From Bispira polyomma (taxonomy: Eukaryota), in NCBI GenBank assembly GCA_965649765.1, contig OZ287748.1, positions 84,382,001 to 84,446,000 on the forward strand: a stretch of DNA of 64,000 bases. The letters run 5' to 3'. The position numbers and the translations under genes are program-made. The notes under the pieces were generated by a model. The model was not told where the DNA came from and did not search any database. It worked only from the letters and a program-made list of their open reading frames with translations. Each line of letters opens with the position of its first letter. The first letter of the stretch is position 1. Below, piece after piece: positions 10,801 through 22,435 of the stretch.

Positions 10801-13589
10801 GTTACAATTTTTATCTATCTAATTAGTTATATTTTTCATTGGTAACAATGTGCTGTGAGGCACATACTAAAATTCAGCCGTAAGGGGGTAAAATATACAT
10901 GATTAAAGCGCAAAGCTCGGACTCTATACATCGCTATATTCATCCCAGTCGACTGATGCATCGATCTCTGAACTAATCGTTGCAGCTTTACTATCTGTGA
11001 CTAGAACTTGTGTAAGTTGAATTTTTTCAGAATTAAAACCATCTTTACATGTTATTAAAATTTTACAACATTTATTTTTCACTAGAAAACCATAAAAAAC
11101 GTTTTATTTGTAAATAAAGATTAGATCATTTCTACTAGTATTATGTTATGCCGTAAAAAGCTTGGAATGTGGTATTAAAAACTTTAATAAGACAAGAAAT
11201 TGGAATGGACTAAGCAGTAGGCACATTATCTACGTTCAGTTTTATGAGTCCAAAACAATTGAACATCACCAACATCTCCCTCTTGTTGTACTAAATTGTT
11301 GTGTTATCATGTTAGTGAACCTTGTGTTACATAGAAATAAATTTAAATTTGCTGAATCATTAGAATCATTATCTGAACATGTTGAGAGGGCAAGATTTTG
11401 TTTGAGTAACAAAGGGGTTTATAAAATATAGGGGTGGGACGGTACCAGATTTTGTTTGTCGATATCCCACCGATGTGAAACCGTTCCGATTCCGGCATAC
11501 CGAAAATTATTTGTTTCCAGTATCTCCCAAAACGAATGCAGCCTGTTACCAGAAGTGAGTTTCGCCAAACAAAACTAACATGTTTCCACTCTATGAAATC
11601 GCAAATAAAAGTTATAAATCTGCAAAAATGTAGCATGACAAGGTATATTTTCTGAATATATGGCATTTGTTTATATAATTTGACGTTTTCCTGCCATTTT
11701 ATGTACATTGTCTCGAAACACCGGTAGCAATATTTACTTTTGGTCAGCAAGTATTTTTGTTGGGATACCGGCAGTACCGTCACACTCCTAATAAAATAGA
11801 AGACCGTTTAGTATAATACAGTTGTATAGTTGGTATTTGCATTCTACTATTTTGCATTTTAACACACCTTATTGCGAAGCATACTTTAAAACACAACAAC
11901 ATAATTAATTGGCCAATAGAGAAGTATAAAAAAACATAGCCATGGTAGAAAAACATAACATTTACAAGGGTAAAAATGAGTTTATCAAATCAAATATTGG
12001 GATAATTATTAGAGGTTCAGATAACACCTTAACATAAATAATAATAGCAAGAGTATTTAATTAAATATTAATATGTTGCAGCAGAAAGATCGTCGAGACA
12101 AAAGAAGTGAGTCTTTATTAAAGAGGCTGGCGAGCGCAGGTATACCACTGAAAGGCAGGAAGGCCAGATCACCACCTCCTGAACTGTGTGCAAGGAAAGA
12201 ACACAGACATTCCACACCCCAAGGGTAGGCAACAGATTCTTACTGCTTAATACAAGAATGTCAATACTAAATTAGTACATGTCCTCATTAACCTTGTAAA
12301 GTCTACTGGATCATTATGTGTAATAATTTTACACACATATACACAGGACCCAATCCTAGGTCATTGCATTGATCTTCATGCATTTTGAATCTTACCATGA
12401 GATTTAACAAGAATGAGCTAAGTATAATTTTACCGAATAAACTGAGATTATATACTTAAAATAGGCTCAGCGTTGTGGTAAAAATAGTTCAATTTCTAAT
12501 CCAAAAAAGGTAGTTTTTCACAGAATTACTATGTGTAAACTTTTTATAGGTAGTAAATTTCAGAAGTGTAACAGATTATTGATTTTTGCATGTACTTAAG
12601 TGTATTTAGTCCACCTTGTGTTTACAGTTCTCTATACAGATCAGGTTCAGAAAGCAGTCTTGTAGAAGGGGCTGTTGCAATCACTGTACATGAATCTTGT
12701 GTTTACAGTTCTCTATACAGATCAGGTTTAGAAGGCAGTCTTGTAGAAGGGGCTGTTGTAATCACTGTACATGTACCTTGTGTTTACAGTTCTCTATACA
12801 GATCAGGTTCAGAAGGCAGTCTTGTAGAGGGGGCTGTGGGTGCTGTATGTTCTTCACCACCAAATCATAGCCACAGAAAAGCTCTGGAGAGACTAGCGAA
12901 AATCAAACCACTCCCTAGAGAAAAGTAAGCTTGACTAAAGGATTTTATTCAGATAATAGAAGGGTACATACAATGGCAGAGGCATTTCTGTGTAAAAACA
13001 ATAGAAAAATATAAATTTGGAAGGGTGAAAATAAATAAAGTAAAATACTTGGACAATAGCAGTTTAGATGATAGAGGTTCTACTGTGCCTACAAAATGCT
13101 CCATGTAAACAAAATTATTTAAATACAATGCATTATCGCCACTGATTTATATCATACCCACTATTTAGCATTCGGGTTATATTCACAAACATTCTTCGAC
13201 TACAATTTTTGGAATTTTCTTAGTTTCAGCTAAAAGGTTTGTATAATCGAGATTATGCTCTATGTACTGGACTTGTCTGTTTTGCTGCAGATGTAGGTGT
13301 ATCACTGCACTAAGTGAGACGGGGTTCTTATGAAAATATGACTAATGAGGTTCTGCTGTGAAAGTAAGTACAATAGTTGTGACTGTAGGAGTATGTCTAG
13401 CACTTGTCTTTTCATTGCAGATATAGGTGTATCACTCCGTACCCAGCACAGAGTGACATGGAGTTAGAACTGAGGGCTGGGGACTCTGTCTATGTCCATA
13501 AAAAGAGGGACGATGGCTGGTTTAAAGGCACCGTACAGAGAAACGGCAAATCTGGACTGTTCCCCTGTAGTTTTGTGGAGAAAGTGTGA
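1891..13589 (+). CDS. SH3RF1: SH3 domain-containing RING finger E3 ubiquitin ligase (POSH / SH3RF1-3 family), spliced
   Basis: Coding exons 1891-2223, 3178-3236, 5513-5627, 6029-6130, 6742-7406, 9754-10597, 12082-12224, 12802(or 12640/12721)-12924, 13421-13589. All are GT-AG with consistent phase. N-terminal C3HC4 RING ([25 protein letters not shown]) followed by four SH3 domains ([27 protein letters not shown]; [19 protein letters not shown]; [21 protein letters not shown]; [21 protein letters not shown]). This is the POSH architecture. Confidence 0.93.
2392..2986. mobile_element. MITE with ~48-bp TIRs
   Basis: Left ATATACGCACAGGTCCGTGTGTATAAAAAAAATGTTA is the reverse complement of 2940-2986. 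An internal segment recurs at ~36180-36330. Confidence 0.65.
3437..4924 (+). mobile_element. Helentron/DINE-like (HINE) non-autonomous element carrying ~146-bp core tandem repeats, copy 1
   Basis: 5' hairpin GTATCTACCGGAG..CTCCGGTGGATAC, a GCC-rich microsatellite, about 6 core units, and a 3' hairpin CATCGG..CCGATG followed by TCTAGTT. Confidence 0.65.
5228..5485 (+). mobile_element. tRNA-derived SINE
   Basis: A box TGGCCTAGTGG and B box GGTTCAACTCC. Body shared with 21477-21740 and 41418-41672. Confidence 0.8.
8285..9612 (+). mobile_element. HINE-like element, copy 2
   Basis: Same head, (CCG)n, about 6 core units of 145-147 bp, and 3' hairpin GCATCGG..CCGATGC. Confidence 0.65.
10616..10990. 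mobile_element. hAT-family MITE (relative of 37372-37730)
   Basis: TAAAGCTG..CAGCTTTA ends and shared GATGCATC/ATCGA subterminal motifs. Confidence 0.6.
11429..11790. mobile_element. hAT-family MITE
   Basis: TIR TAGGGGTGGGACGGTAC / GTACCGTCACACTCCTA. 8-bp TSD ATAAAATA. Confidence 0.85.
12612..12837 (+). repeat. 81-bp triplication spanning an SH3RF 3' splice site
   Basis: CTCTATACAG|ATCAGGT acceptors give exon starts at 12640, 12721 and 12802. The reading frame stays open throughout (ORF 12590-12928). Confidence 0.9.
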
Positions 13590-13699
13590 CCCGTGATATG
13601 TTTCTCAAAAAGTATTAGTAATCTCTCTCTACTGTAGCAGCATTAGTGATCAGAGAAAGTAATGGTATTATACCATGGTTTAGAGTGACATTTAATTGA

Positions 13700-13886
13700 C
13701 AGTAGAACCTCTATTATCCAAACTCCTGTTATCCGAATATTCAAATTTGTTGAACTGGTTTCCACTCTCCCAAACTTTTGTCTTCTTATTGTTTTGTACA
13801 GAAATTCCTTTTCTGTTGTATGAAGCTTCTACTATCCTAATAACATCTCACAGTCCCAACATGCTCGGATAATAGAGATTTTACTG
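13700..13886. mobile_element. pogo/Tigger-like MITE (CAGTAGAACCTCTATTATCC family)
   Basis: TIR CAGTAGAACCTCTATTATCC / GGATAATAGAGATTTTACTG. Other copies at ~5020-5188, 26626-26813, 63476-63666, and a split copy at 49272/57995. Confidence 0.7.
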
Positions 13887-16800
13887 TATTATAATGTACA
13901 GTGGAAGCTCCATATTTCAGTATGAGTAAAACTTCTTAACTAGAAATGAATTTTAGGTGTTTCAACTAACAAGTTGGGGTACTGAGTATAAATTCCTTAT
14001 ACAAAATTGAACTTTTTTGATATTTTATCCAAAAATAGCCAATAATAACAATTAATTCCAGTGAATGCCTTAAAAATTGTAAATTAGTGAAATTGTCTTC
14101 CAGCTGAAATTTCAACTTTTACAGTATCTGAAACTTTTGAAAAAAAAAACCCAAAAGGAGGTGTCTAACAATATATTAAGAAAATATAACTTTTGGTGAC
14201 TGAAATTGAATTCATATGAACTGAATATTCAGATGCAAGAGGTATACATAATGGAGGTTCTACTGTAATAGGTAAAACGAGTAATAATGTTTAGGTAATA
14301 GTCAGCAAATAAAGCTTTTGCCCCAACTCTTGAGGAGTATTTCATTGGTTCATGTGATAAGAAAAAAAATCCAAAAAAAAATCCTGACCTGTGTTAAAAA
14401 GTGAAGATTGTATGCGTTAAGACTATGCATTTACTGGTCATGCTTACGCGGTAGGGGCTGACAAAGTAATTCTCTTTGAAAATGTAAGGGCGGGTAATTT
14501 TCTTTGATTTTTAATTGTGAAATTTCTGTGTTCTCTATTAGGAAACTTTAGTCTTTCTTTTTATGCATTGGACATTTTGTTTGTCCATTATGAAAGACCT
14601 TAACTGCCATCTGTGTGTGGATATCTCTGATTTATAGCCTATTAGGTCTACTTACTTGAACTTCCAAAAACAAAAGTAATCGCTGAAGCTTTGTTACGTA
14701 GCATTAGAATGTTAACTTTGAAGTAGTTTTAGTTATTGCCATTATGCCAGCGACATTTGTAATACTATGTTGTTCTGTTTTTCTGAATGTACTGATAGTT
14801 GTACACTGTTCTTCCTAAGAAATAATGGTAGTGTACAACATTAACTAGGCTGGTATTTCACAAAGAGTTTTAGTCTTAAATTTTTGTCTGAAGCCATTGG
14901 ATTGGCTGGAAATATTTTTTCAATGAATCTGATTGGCCGAGACTAAATATATTTCAAGAATGTTTGTAAACACGGCCCCTGATCTTTGTAAATTTATGTA
15001 TTCTGTATTTTATATTCTTTTATTGTGAGAAGTTTTCAGTACATGCAGTATGGGAAATTAAATTTCTCCATATAGTGTGACAACAAAGCAAAAAAAAAGA
15101 TAATGAAATAAATGCAGGAAAAAAATATTTTAAATAAGAGCTTATTGTAGTAAGCTGTGAAAATTTTGTGACCATGTAACAGTACTTTCTTAGGCTGTTT
15201 AGTACAGTTGGTTAATATTTAATATGTGTCAAACTCACAAAAATTAAGAGCGGATGTTCTATTAGAATCGGACTTTTGGTGCTTTATATGATACTCACTT
15301 ATTATAGAGGTGCTATCATTGTCTAAAGACTTGCATAGTTAGATGTGGCTCCTATATCTGCAGGATTTCTCATGGTCACATATACACATTAACCAATATT
15401 TATTATTAGGCTGTGAAATTTTGCAAAATTGGCCAAAAACAACTTATCTAAAGTAATTGTTTTTCTGTGGCAAATGGTGTCAGATTCATCTGTTTAACTA
15501 ATTATATAACCTCTTTTTTTTTAAGTCTACGTTTCCAGAAGTGTGGTTGCGGCTATATATATTTATGTGGGAGATATGACATAACAAATGTTGAATTTTA
15601 TTCCGAAAAACTTAACTGTCTTATTTCTCGTCCAATTTTGAAATTTTTTCACCATTTTAACTAGTAGAATAAGTTGAACAATGCATATTTTGTGTGCTTT
15701 CGTCAAGCGGATGCAGCAATATTCGGTCTGGGATTTGTTTTTATCTGAGAGATACATAGCACAACCCGCATACATGGAAACCTACACTTATAAGCCTCTT
15801 TTTACTTGCAAATATATTTCTTCTTGTTTCAATCTACATTTTGTCAACCTGCCCCTAAAACTTTCACGTGTAGTCAAGATTCTGTTTTGGTTCATGCAAA
15901 GTTTAATTAATATTCCATAGTTTGTACTATTTACAACTAATGGTTTACTCCCCCGTTTTCTATGAAACTTTCATTGAGTATCACCAGTTGAAGTGACACT
16001 GGCAACAGTGAAGTACAGCATTTTCTTAATCATTATCTATCTACACTTGCTGCATGTCACCATCGTGTATTCATTTTGTAAGTAAATTCATATATAATTT
16101 ATATTTCTAACACTTTAAGAAAAACATACATGCTTTCAATGTTTTTGTCCACTAGTCAGTTTTGAGATGTCAGGTGGAGTGTTAATTGATGCTAAATTGA
16201 CTCTTCTGTTAATCAAACCTGTGTCAGTGTTTATATTAGTTGATCTGTTCTCTCGAAAGCCTCTTGGGAATCTTTTGCAGAAAGTGCTTACATATTTGAC
16301 TAGCTTCTAACCAATTAAAACTTTGAAGTCATTTATTTTAAAAGTTCTGATTATTTTCAATAAAAAAATATATTCAAAGTGGAATACAAGTTGTACTCGA
16401 GTCTATGTTAATTATGAGGCAGAGTTGAACTGATGTACTTTTAAGGTTTGGTAGAAACTTTCTTCTAACAAATGGACTGACCCCCAGTGAACTTTTAGCA
16501 AACTGGTAGAGGTGGTGATTTATTGTCCCATGCTAACTGTTAATAGCCACATAATGCTTCTGGTAATGTTAACACAACTTTAAACATGATTTGACAAGCT
16601 ACAAAGTGGTAGTTAATGAGTAAGAACTTGTAAATTCCTGAGTTAGTGAACAGCGTTCACAGTGATTTGTATATTTCATGACATGTACCTGAATATACGT
16701 TGTTTTCATTTCATACAACATCTATGCATGCTTGAGGTAATTTAACTTATTTAACTATATACATATTCTATGTAACAATGGTGCATATATAAATTGATGC

Positions 16801-17502
16801 AGCATTTCTATTTGTCAAAATGTTCATTTATATATTACTTGTATTGTTGACAATGTGATTATATTATGCCAGGAGGTCAAAATCGTCCTTATTTTTGTAA
16901 AAAGCTGATATTTTGTAGGTAAAAAATATGCTAAATGCTGTAGTTAACGATGCAAATCTGAAGTGAACATTCTGGCCCAAGTTTTAACACAAGCACTCCC
17001 AAAGTTAGTAGGCGTTGTACATCAATATTGAAATCTTTATCAAACCTAGACCCGAGTACCGAGTTTGAAATTGTTAGATGATATATCAATATTGAACAAA
17101 TACCTTTCCTAACTACTAAAATAATAAAATATATTGACATTTTATGACAATTTTTTTAAAGTTTAATTGCTAAATAAAGCCATTTGTTGCACTTGTTTAC
17201 ATTAATCGGCATGCTTACAGGAAGTAGTAATGCGGTATGTAGGTTATAGGTACATACTAAATGTCGAACGTTTGAAACTAACAAATGTTAGTCAACTTAA
17301 TCATTTTTTTGATGTCATTTAGTTTTGTACAAAGGGATGGTCTTTTAATTATACCCTTTCTACGGTCAACTGGTTGACAAAATATTTTGAAAAGGTTCAT
17401 AATATGGTAGTAATTTAGGCAAAATAAGTGCCTTAATTAATCTCATTGTTGGTGGCAAAATTGCAGTTGTAAATTGGAGGTAATAGATTTTAACTCATTC
17501 AT

Positions 17503-17670
17503 CAACAGACCATGTAAACTGTTGTAGTGATAAATTTAAACTGATTCATAAACAGACCATGGTAATTGTTACAGTGATAAATTTGAATTGATTTATCAAG
17601 AGACCATGTAAACTGTTCTAGTGAGTAATTTAAACGGATTCATAAACAGACCATGTAAACTGTTCTACTT
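17503..17670. repeat. ~47-bp tandem repeat, 3-4 diverged copies
   Basis: Repeated AACAGACCATGTAAACTGTT..AGTGATAAATTTAAACTGATTCATA. Confidence 0.75.
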
Positions 17671-20600
17671 GACGAATGCAGGCTTCTGTGGTTGAACTTC
17701 TTAAATTTGTGTTGATCACACTGTAACAGCACCAAGAATGAAAACCTATGCAATAATTGAAATATATATAAAACTGAAGTTGAGTGGCACTTAACACTAA
17801 AATTTTTACCAGTTCGGTTTGACGGCTATTATACTGTTTTATAGAACACTTGCAGTATGCAAATAAAATTGTTACATTTAATTCTATGTTTTCTTGCAAA
17901 TTCTGGTGTTGCTATAAGAAAGAGTGCCAGGTAGTTAACATTGGTCTAATCCATGTGTGGCTGTAGTTACATTAGCATCAGTGCGATGCACAGATGAAAA
18001 AACAGAACCTCTTCCCCACACCATCATACTTTGTCCTTGACATTCATTAAATTGGTGCATGCAAGCTTTAGCCTATGGTTTTTGTGTATACTCCCAGTTC
18101 AGAAAGACAAAATCCAGGATTCATTTGACTAAAATAACCTTCTAGCACTGCTGGTCCTGCTAAATATGCTTGCAACACAGGATCATATTTCTTCCCACAA
18201 GATTATCTTGTTTGAACAAGATTATCTCATTCCCGCAACTTGTACATCTTATTACAATATCATTTTATTCCAACAACTTCTTTGGTTATCTTGTCATGAA
18301 TGTAATTTACTTGGGCCAAAGTTTTACATTATCTTTGGTGCTAGTTTCCATGATATTATAGGTAAAAATAAAATGAATATTTTGAGATTTCGGTTGACTT
18401 GTGTATGTGGATTTTATGTCACGTTTAACATCTTCATGTTGCATGGTGATGAGCAGATTTTTTTGGCGGAGGAAACTAGTGCTATATTAAATGTATCAGA
18501 ATCTATCTAGGTACTACCAAGCTATAGCATGTTAAAACCAAACTTTGACGAGTCTCCGACATACTTTTCCTCACAAAGAAACCAGCGGAACTCGAACCAC
18601 TTTCTTCAGAGGGAAGAAGTAATTGTGAACTGAACATTGATAGCCGATAAGATATCGCATAAGTATAACCGAAGTAGAATCGCATGCATGTATTGCTATA
18701 ATACTATGCTTTCATGTCCGCAAAATATTAATACCTCTATTCATCATTGATTTTGTTGATAATACCATTTAATCTTGATTTAGATAATGTAGGTTACAGA
18801 GTGGTCTGAGTAAGCTCCCAGTTTGACCTTTTCACTTGCCTGTAAAATTTTGGTACTCTTTGTACATGAAGGACCATACAATGAAATTTAACAATTAACT
18901 TGCCATATAATTTTGCAAACCATTTAATAGTTTATTATATGCCAGGGAATGTTTCTTTTGATTAAAGGTGATGTTTCACTGGTCATGCAGGAATTATGTG
19001 GTATCACTTGTGGATATATTGTAATCTATAAGAGTCACTGATATAATCGCATGTATTCATCTTGTAATCTGAATTGTGTACATATTTAATGACAGAAGTA
19101 TTCAAAATTATTAGAAGTGAAAAAGATCTGTACATTTTATTAATATCACTTCACTGACATTTACCAAAAACAAACATTTAACAGCCCTGAATAATTCTAA
19201 AACAGCAGTTTCAAGCATACTTTAAAAGTACATTTTAGTAAAAGAAACCTAACTGAATTAAAATTATGCATGTATGCTAATAACAACACAATACCAACAA
19301 GAACCGAATGGAGTGCCCCTGGGGGGCACAGCGTTAGTTGTTCTGACCCCCCACCCCCCCCTTCCCACCCTGACACAAAATAAATTTCAACCCTCCCCTC
19401 CCACAAAAAAATTCACCCACAACTCCCCCCCCCAAAAAAAAAAAAAAAAAATATTCTTTCAGTTTTGTGATCAGTAGCACAGGCAGAGACGAACTACATA
19501 CCCAATGTCTTACTATTAGGGCTTTTAAAAATCGAACCGAAGAGCATGGGCGAAAATTGAAAAATTTCATACTTTAGAAGAAAGTATCACTACAAAACTT
19601 ACCCTAGAGTGGTAATTCAACTATTAGGTCTTAATTTCATCACATAATCACTCCTTATATTAAATTTATAGCAAATACCTTACTATTCAGAAGTTTGGTT
19701 TCAACATTGGCAGTTTTTATTGTATTACGAAAATGAGCCGCTTATATCATATATAACAAGCACATGTCATATTGGATATACAGTCCGAATTAGTATTACA
19801 ACTATTAAGTAGTTATTTCAACACAAAATCACCCTTTACAATAATTTATGGAAAATGCTTTACTATTAAGGAATTTATTTTCCTTATTGGCAGCTTGAAC
19901 TGTGAAAATCAACTGCTTATACCATATATAATATATAAAAAACACGTTTTTTGCATGCAGGATAGAATTCACAGTAAAGATGTATGTATAATATAAAGAC
20001 TACTATCTCAGTCAATATTGAATGAAATATTACTCTGTAAAAAGGGTTAGAAAGTGTATTAATTGCTTTTTCATGACACATAAATTTTAAAATTTTAGCT
20101 TAAGTAACCCCAGAGAAATCATAATTTCATCAATGCCTATCTATCTCCAAACTTTTAAGATTTTTACAACGCTTTATGCAATTATCTCAAAAAATATTTA
20201 TTTGGGTTGAAAACAGTTGGAACTGTCGAATAGCACAGATTAATAGCTTTCTTGTGATACAAAAACGAAAATTTTAGGTTAAATATTGACAAAAATACAG
20301 CCATTCAATGCAGTAAAATATTAAGAAACTGGATTTGAAATCTTGGAACGAATCCTCAACAATTTTTTTTAGGTATTACCGGTGAGAAAATTTTTCAAAA
20401 AAGGGCCCGCCTCCCTCATAAGATAGAAATAGCATTCTGTCACGCCAATCATTTACAGCCAAAAATGTTGTTTGTTTACATTCGTAAACTTCTTATATCT
20501 TGGAAACGAATACATAATTCAACACGAATTCAATTTTGGACCATCTAGACATGTATATGTACATATCTACTAAAAATCAGAGCTAATGTATGTCCACGAC

Positions 20601-21476
20601 CGGACATTTGCCTGCGGACATACGGTAACCAGGCTATCACTAGGGAGTCGGTCTATCCATGGTATAACGATAGTTGCCATTGTCTGCCTCAAGGCAGACT
20701 CGGCAACTAACGTAAAAATGTTTAGGACTAAAAAATAAACACTAAAACACATAAATTCTCTGGCAACTGATCTATATAAAATTTTGAAAGCAATAGTTCA
20801 CACTAACAGACTGTTTATTGTAGTAAAATCATAAGTTACTATTTGTAAGTCATAAATTAGTCAGTCATAAATTACAGATTTGCTGAAGGGATTTCTTAAA
20901 ATACTAGCCATACAGTTATCATTTCCCTGAAAAGATTTCTTGAAATACTAGTTCTAAAGATATCATTTCAAAAACATATTATATATGGACACAAGCAACA
21001 TTTTGCTTCCAATTATTTTTTCCCACAAGTAATTTTGAAATTCTGTAAGCAAAAAAGCTCTTGATTTGCTTGGTGTAGTTATATAGTACAATCTTTGTAA
21101 ACAAAATGGCTAATGCAATAAAAGTTGTTTTCATCTAAAAATTAGAGGAAAAAAATATATTATTTCTATATGCGATTTGATTTCGGACCCTGACAGTAAA
21201 CATTTTTTTATATGGGAAGTATAAATTAATTTATAGTGTTGGAAGCAAAGAAATGCTTCTTTTCATGATTATTAGAAGCAAATAATTATTTTAAGAAAAC
21301 AATTTGCTTCTTGCTTCCCTTTAATTTCAGACCCTGAAAGTAAAGTGCACCTTTTGTACACATTTTTCAAATCCTTTAGTAATAAAATTAAATATGTGCC
21401 AAGTTGTTAACATTGTAAAACCAGGGGAGATATATGTCAAGGTCTACTTAAACTTACGCTTAAACTCAAATACCAC

Positions 21477-21740
21477 AAATTTTTTTTTTTTTTTAAATTT
21501 GGATATTTAACATCCACTCTAGTACCTGTTTAGGTTATTTTGGGACGGATAGTTGGAAACGCTGGAGGAAACACTGCATACAGTTGATCAAGGTTCTGCA
21601 CTGAAACCAGTGGCCCACAGTACGGAACTACCACCTTTCCCACATAGGCATCGACGAGAGTCAAACTCACGCCGCCCAGAGGTGAGAGACCAGTGATTGT
21701 GAAGCGCAATGCTTGCTAACCACTAGGCCACCTTGACCCC
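21477..21740 (-). mobile_element. tRNA-derived SINE (same family)
   Basis: Reverse-complement copy with A-tail. 12-bp TSD CTCAAATACCAC (21465-21476 and 21741-21752). Confidence 0.85.
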
Positions 21741-22435
21741 CTCAAATACCACGAATACACATTACCTTATTAATGGGAAGAACCTAGACACGTTGACTTT
21801 CTTTTTACACGGCCATGGGGAAAACTGAATGGTAGGAAATTATGAATGATTTGTAGTATTTTGTACTGTAATGTATCATATGTTACCTTGAAAATAGTAA
21901 TAGATGTGCAATTAACAATTCATTTCTGACTTACTGGTTAGAATTGCTGCCAGCCATGTAATAGAGCTTTTAATGAGGGACTAAAATATGCTATTAAAAT
22001 GTAGATATATTTCTTGTGCACAGATTTTTATACAGCATGGTATATTTTGAGTTTTTTGTGAGTTTAAGTTTTTGACCTTTGATACTAATGAGCCCAGACA
22101 AACTTTGAGTAAAATGTCTAAAATGAGAAAAAGTCCATCACAAAGCGTATAAACTAACTGTTATGAGAGATTCTGCGAGTGCATTCAGTCACTCTAAATA
22201 CAGGTAAATATTTCATAAATAAGTATCATTTAAGTATCACAACATTCAAACTAAAAGTCTTCAGTTTAAGAGTCAGAAGAATGACACACTCCTGTGTAAT
22301 AAATGCCACTTCTGACCTCCAAAAAGTCACACATAGAAGACAGGCGTATAACTGTTCATATTCCCACATCTTTAAAATTAAAAGCTTCAATGTCTCTCAG
22401 AAGTGTCATTGCTCTTGGTGACTTCCTTTCCAATA

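Noticed and set aside
14000-22400. Short ORFs between SH3RF and LIAS
   Set aside because: AT-rich, with no recognisable motifs or exon chain. Consistent with 3' UTRs and TE debris.
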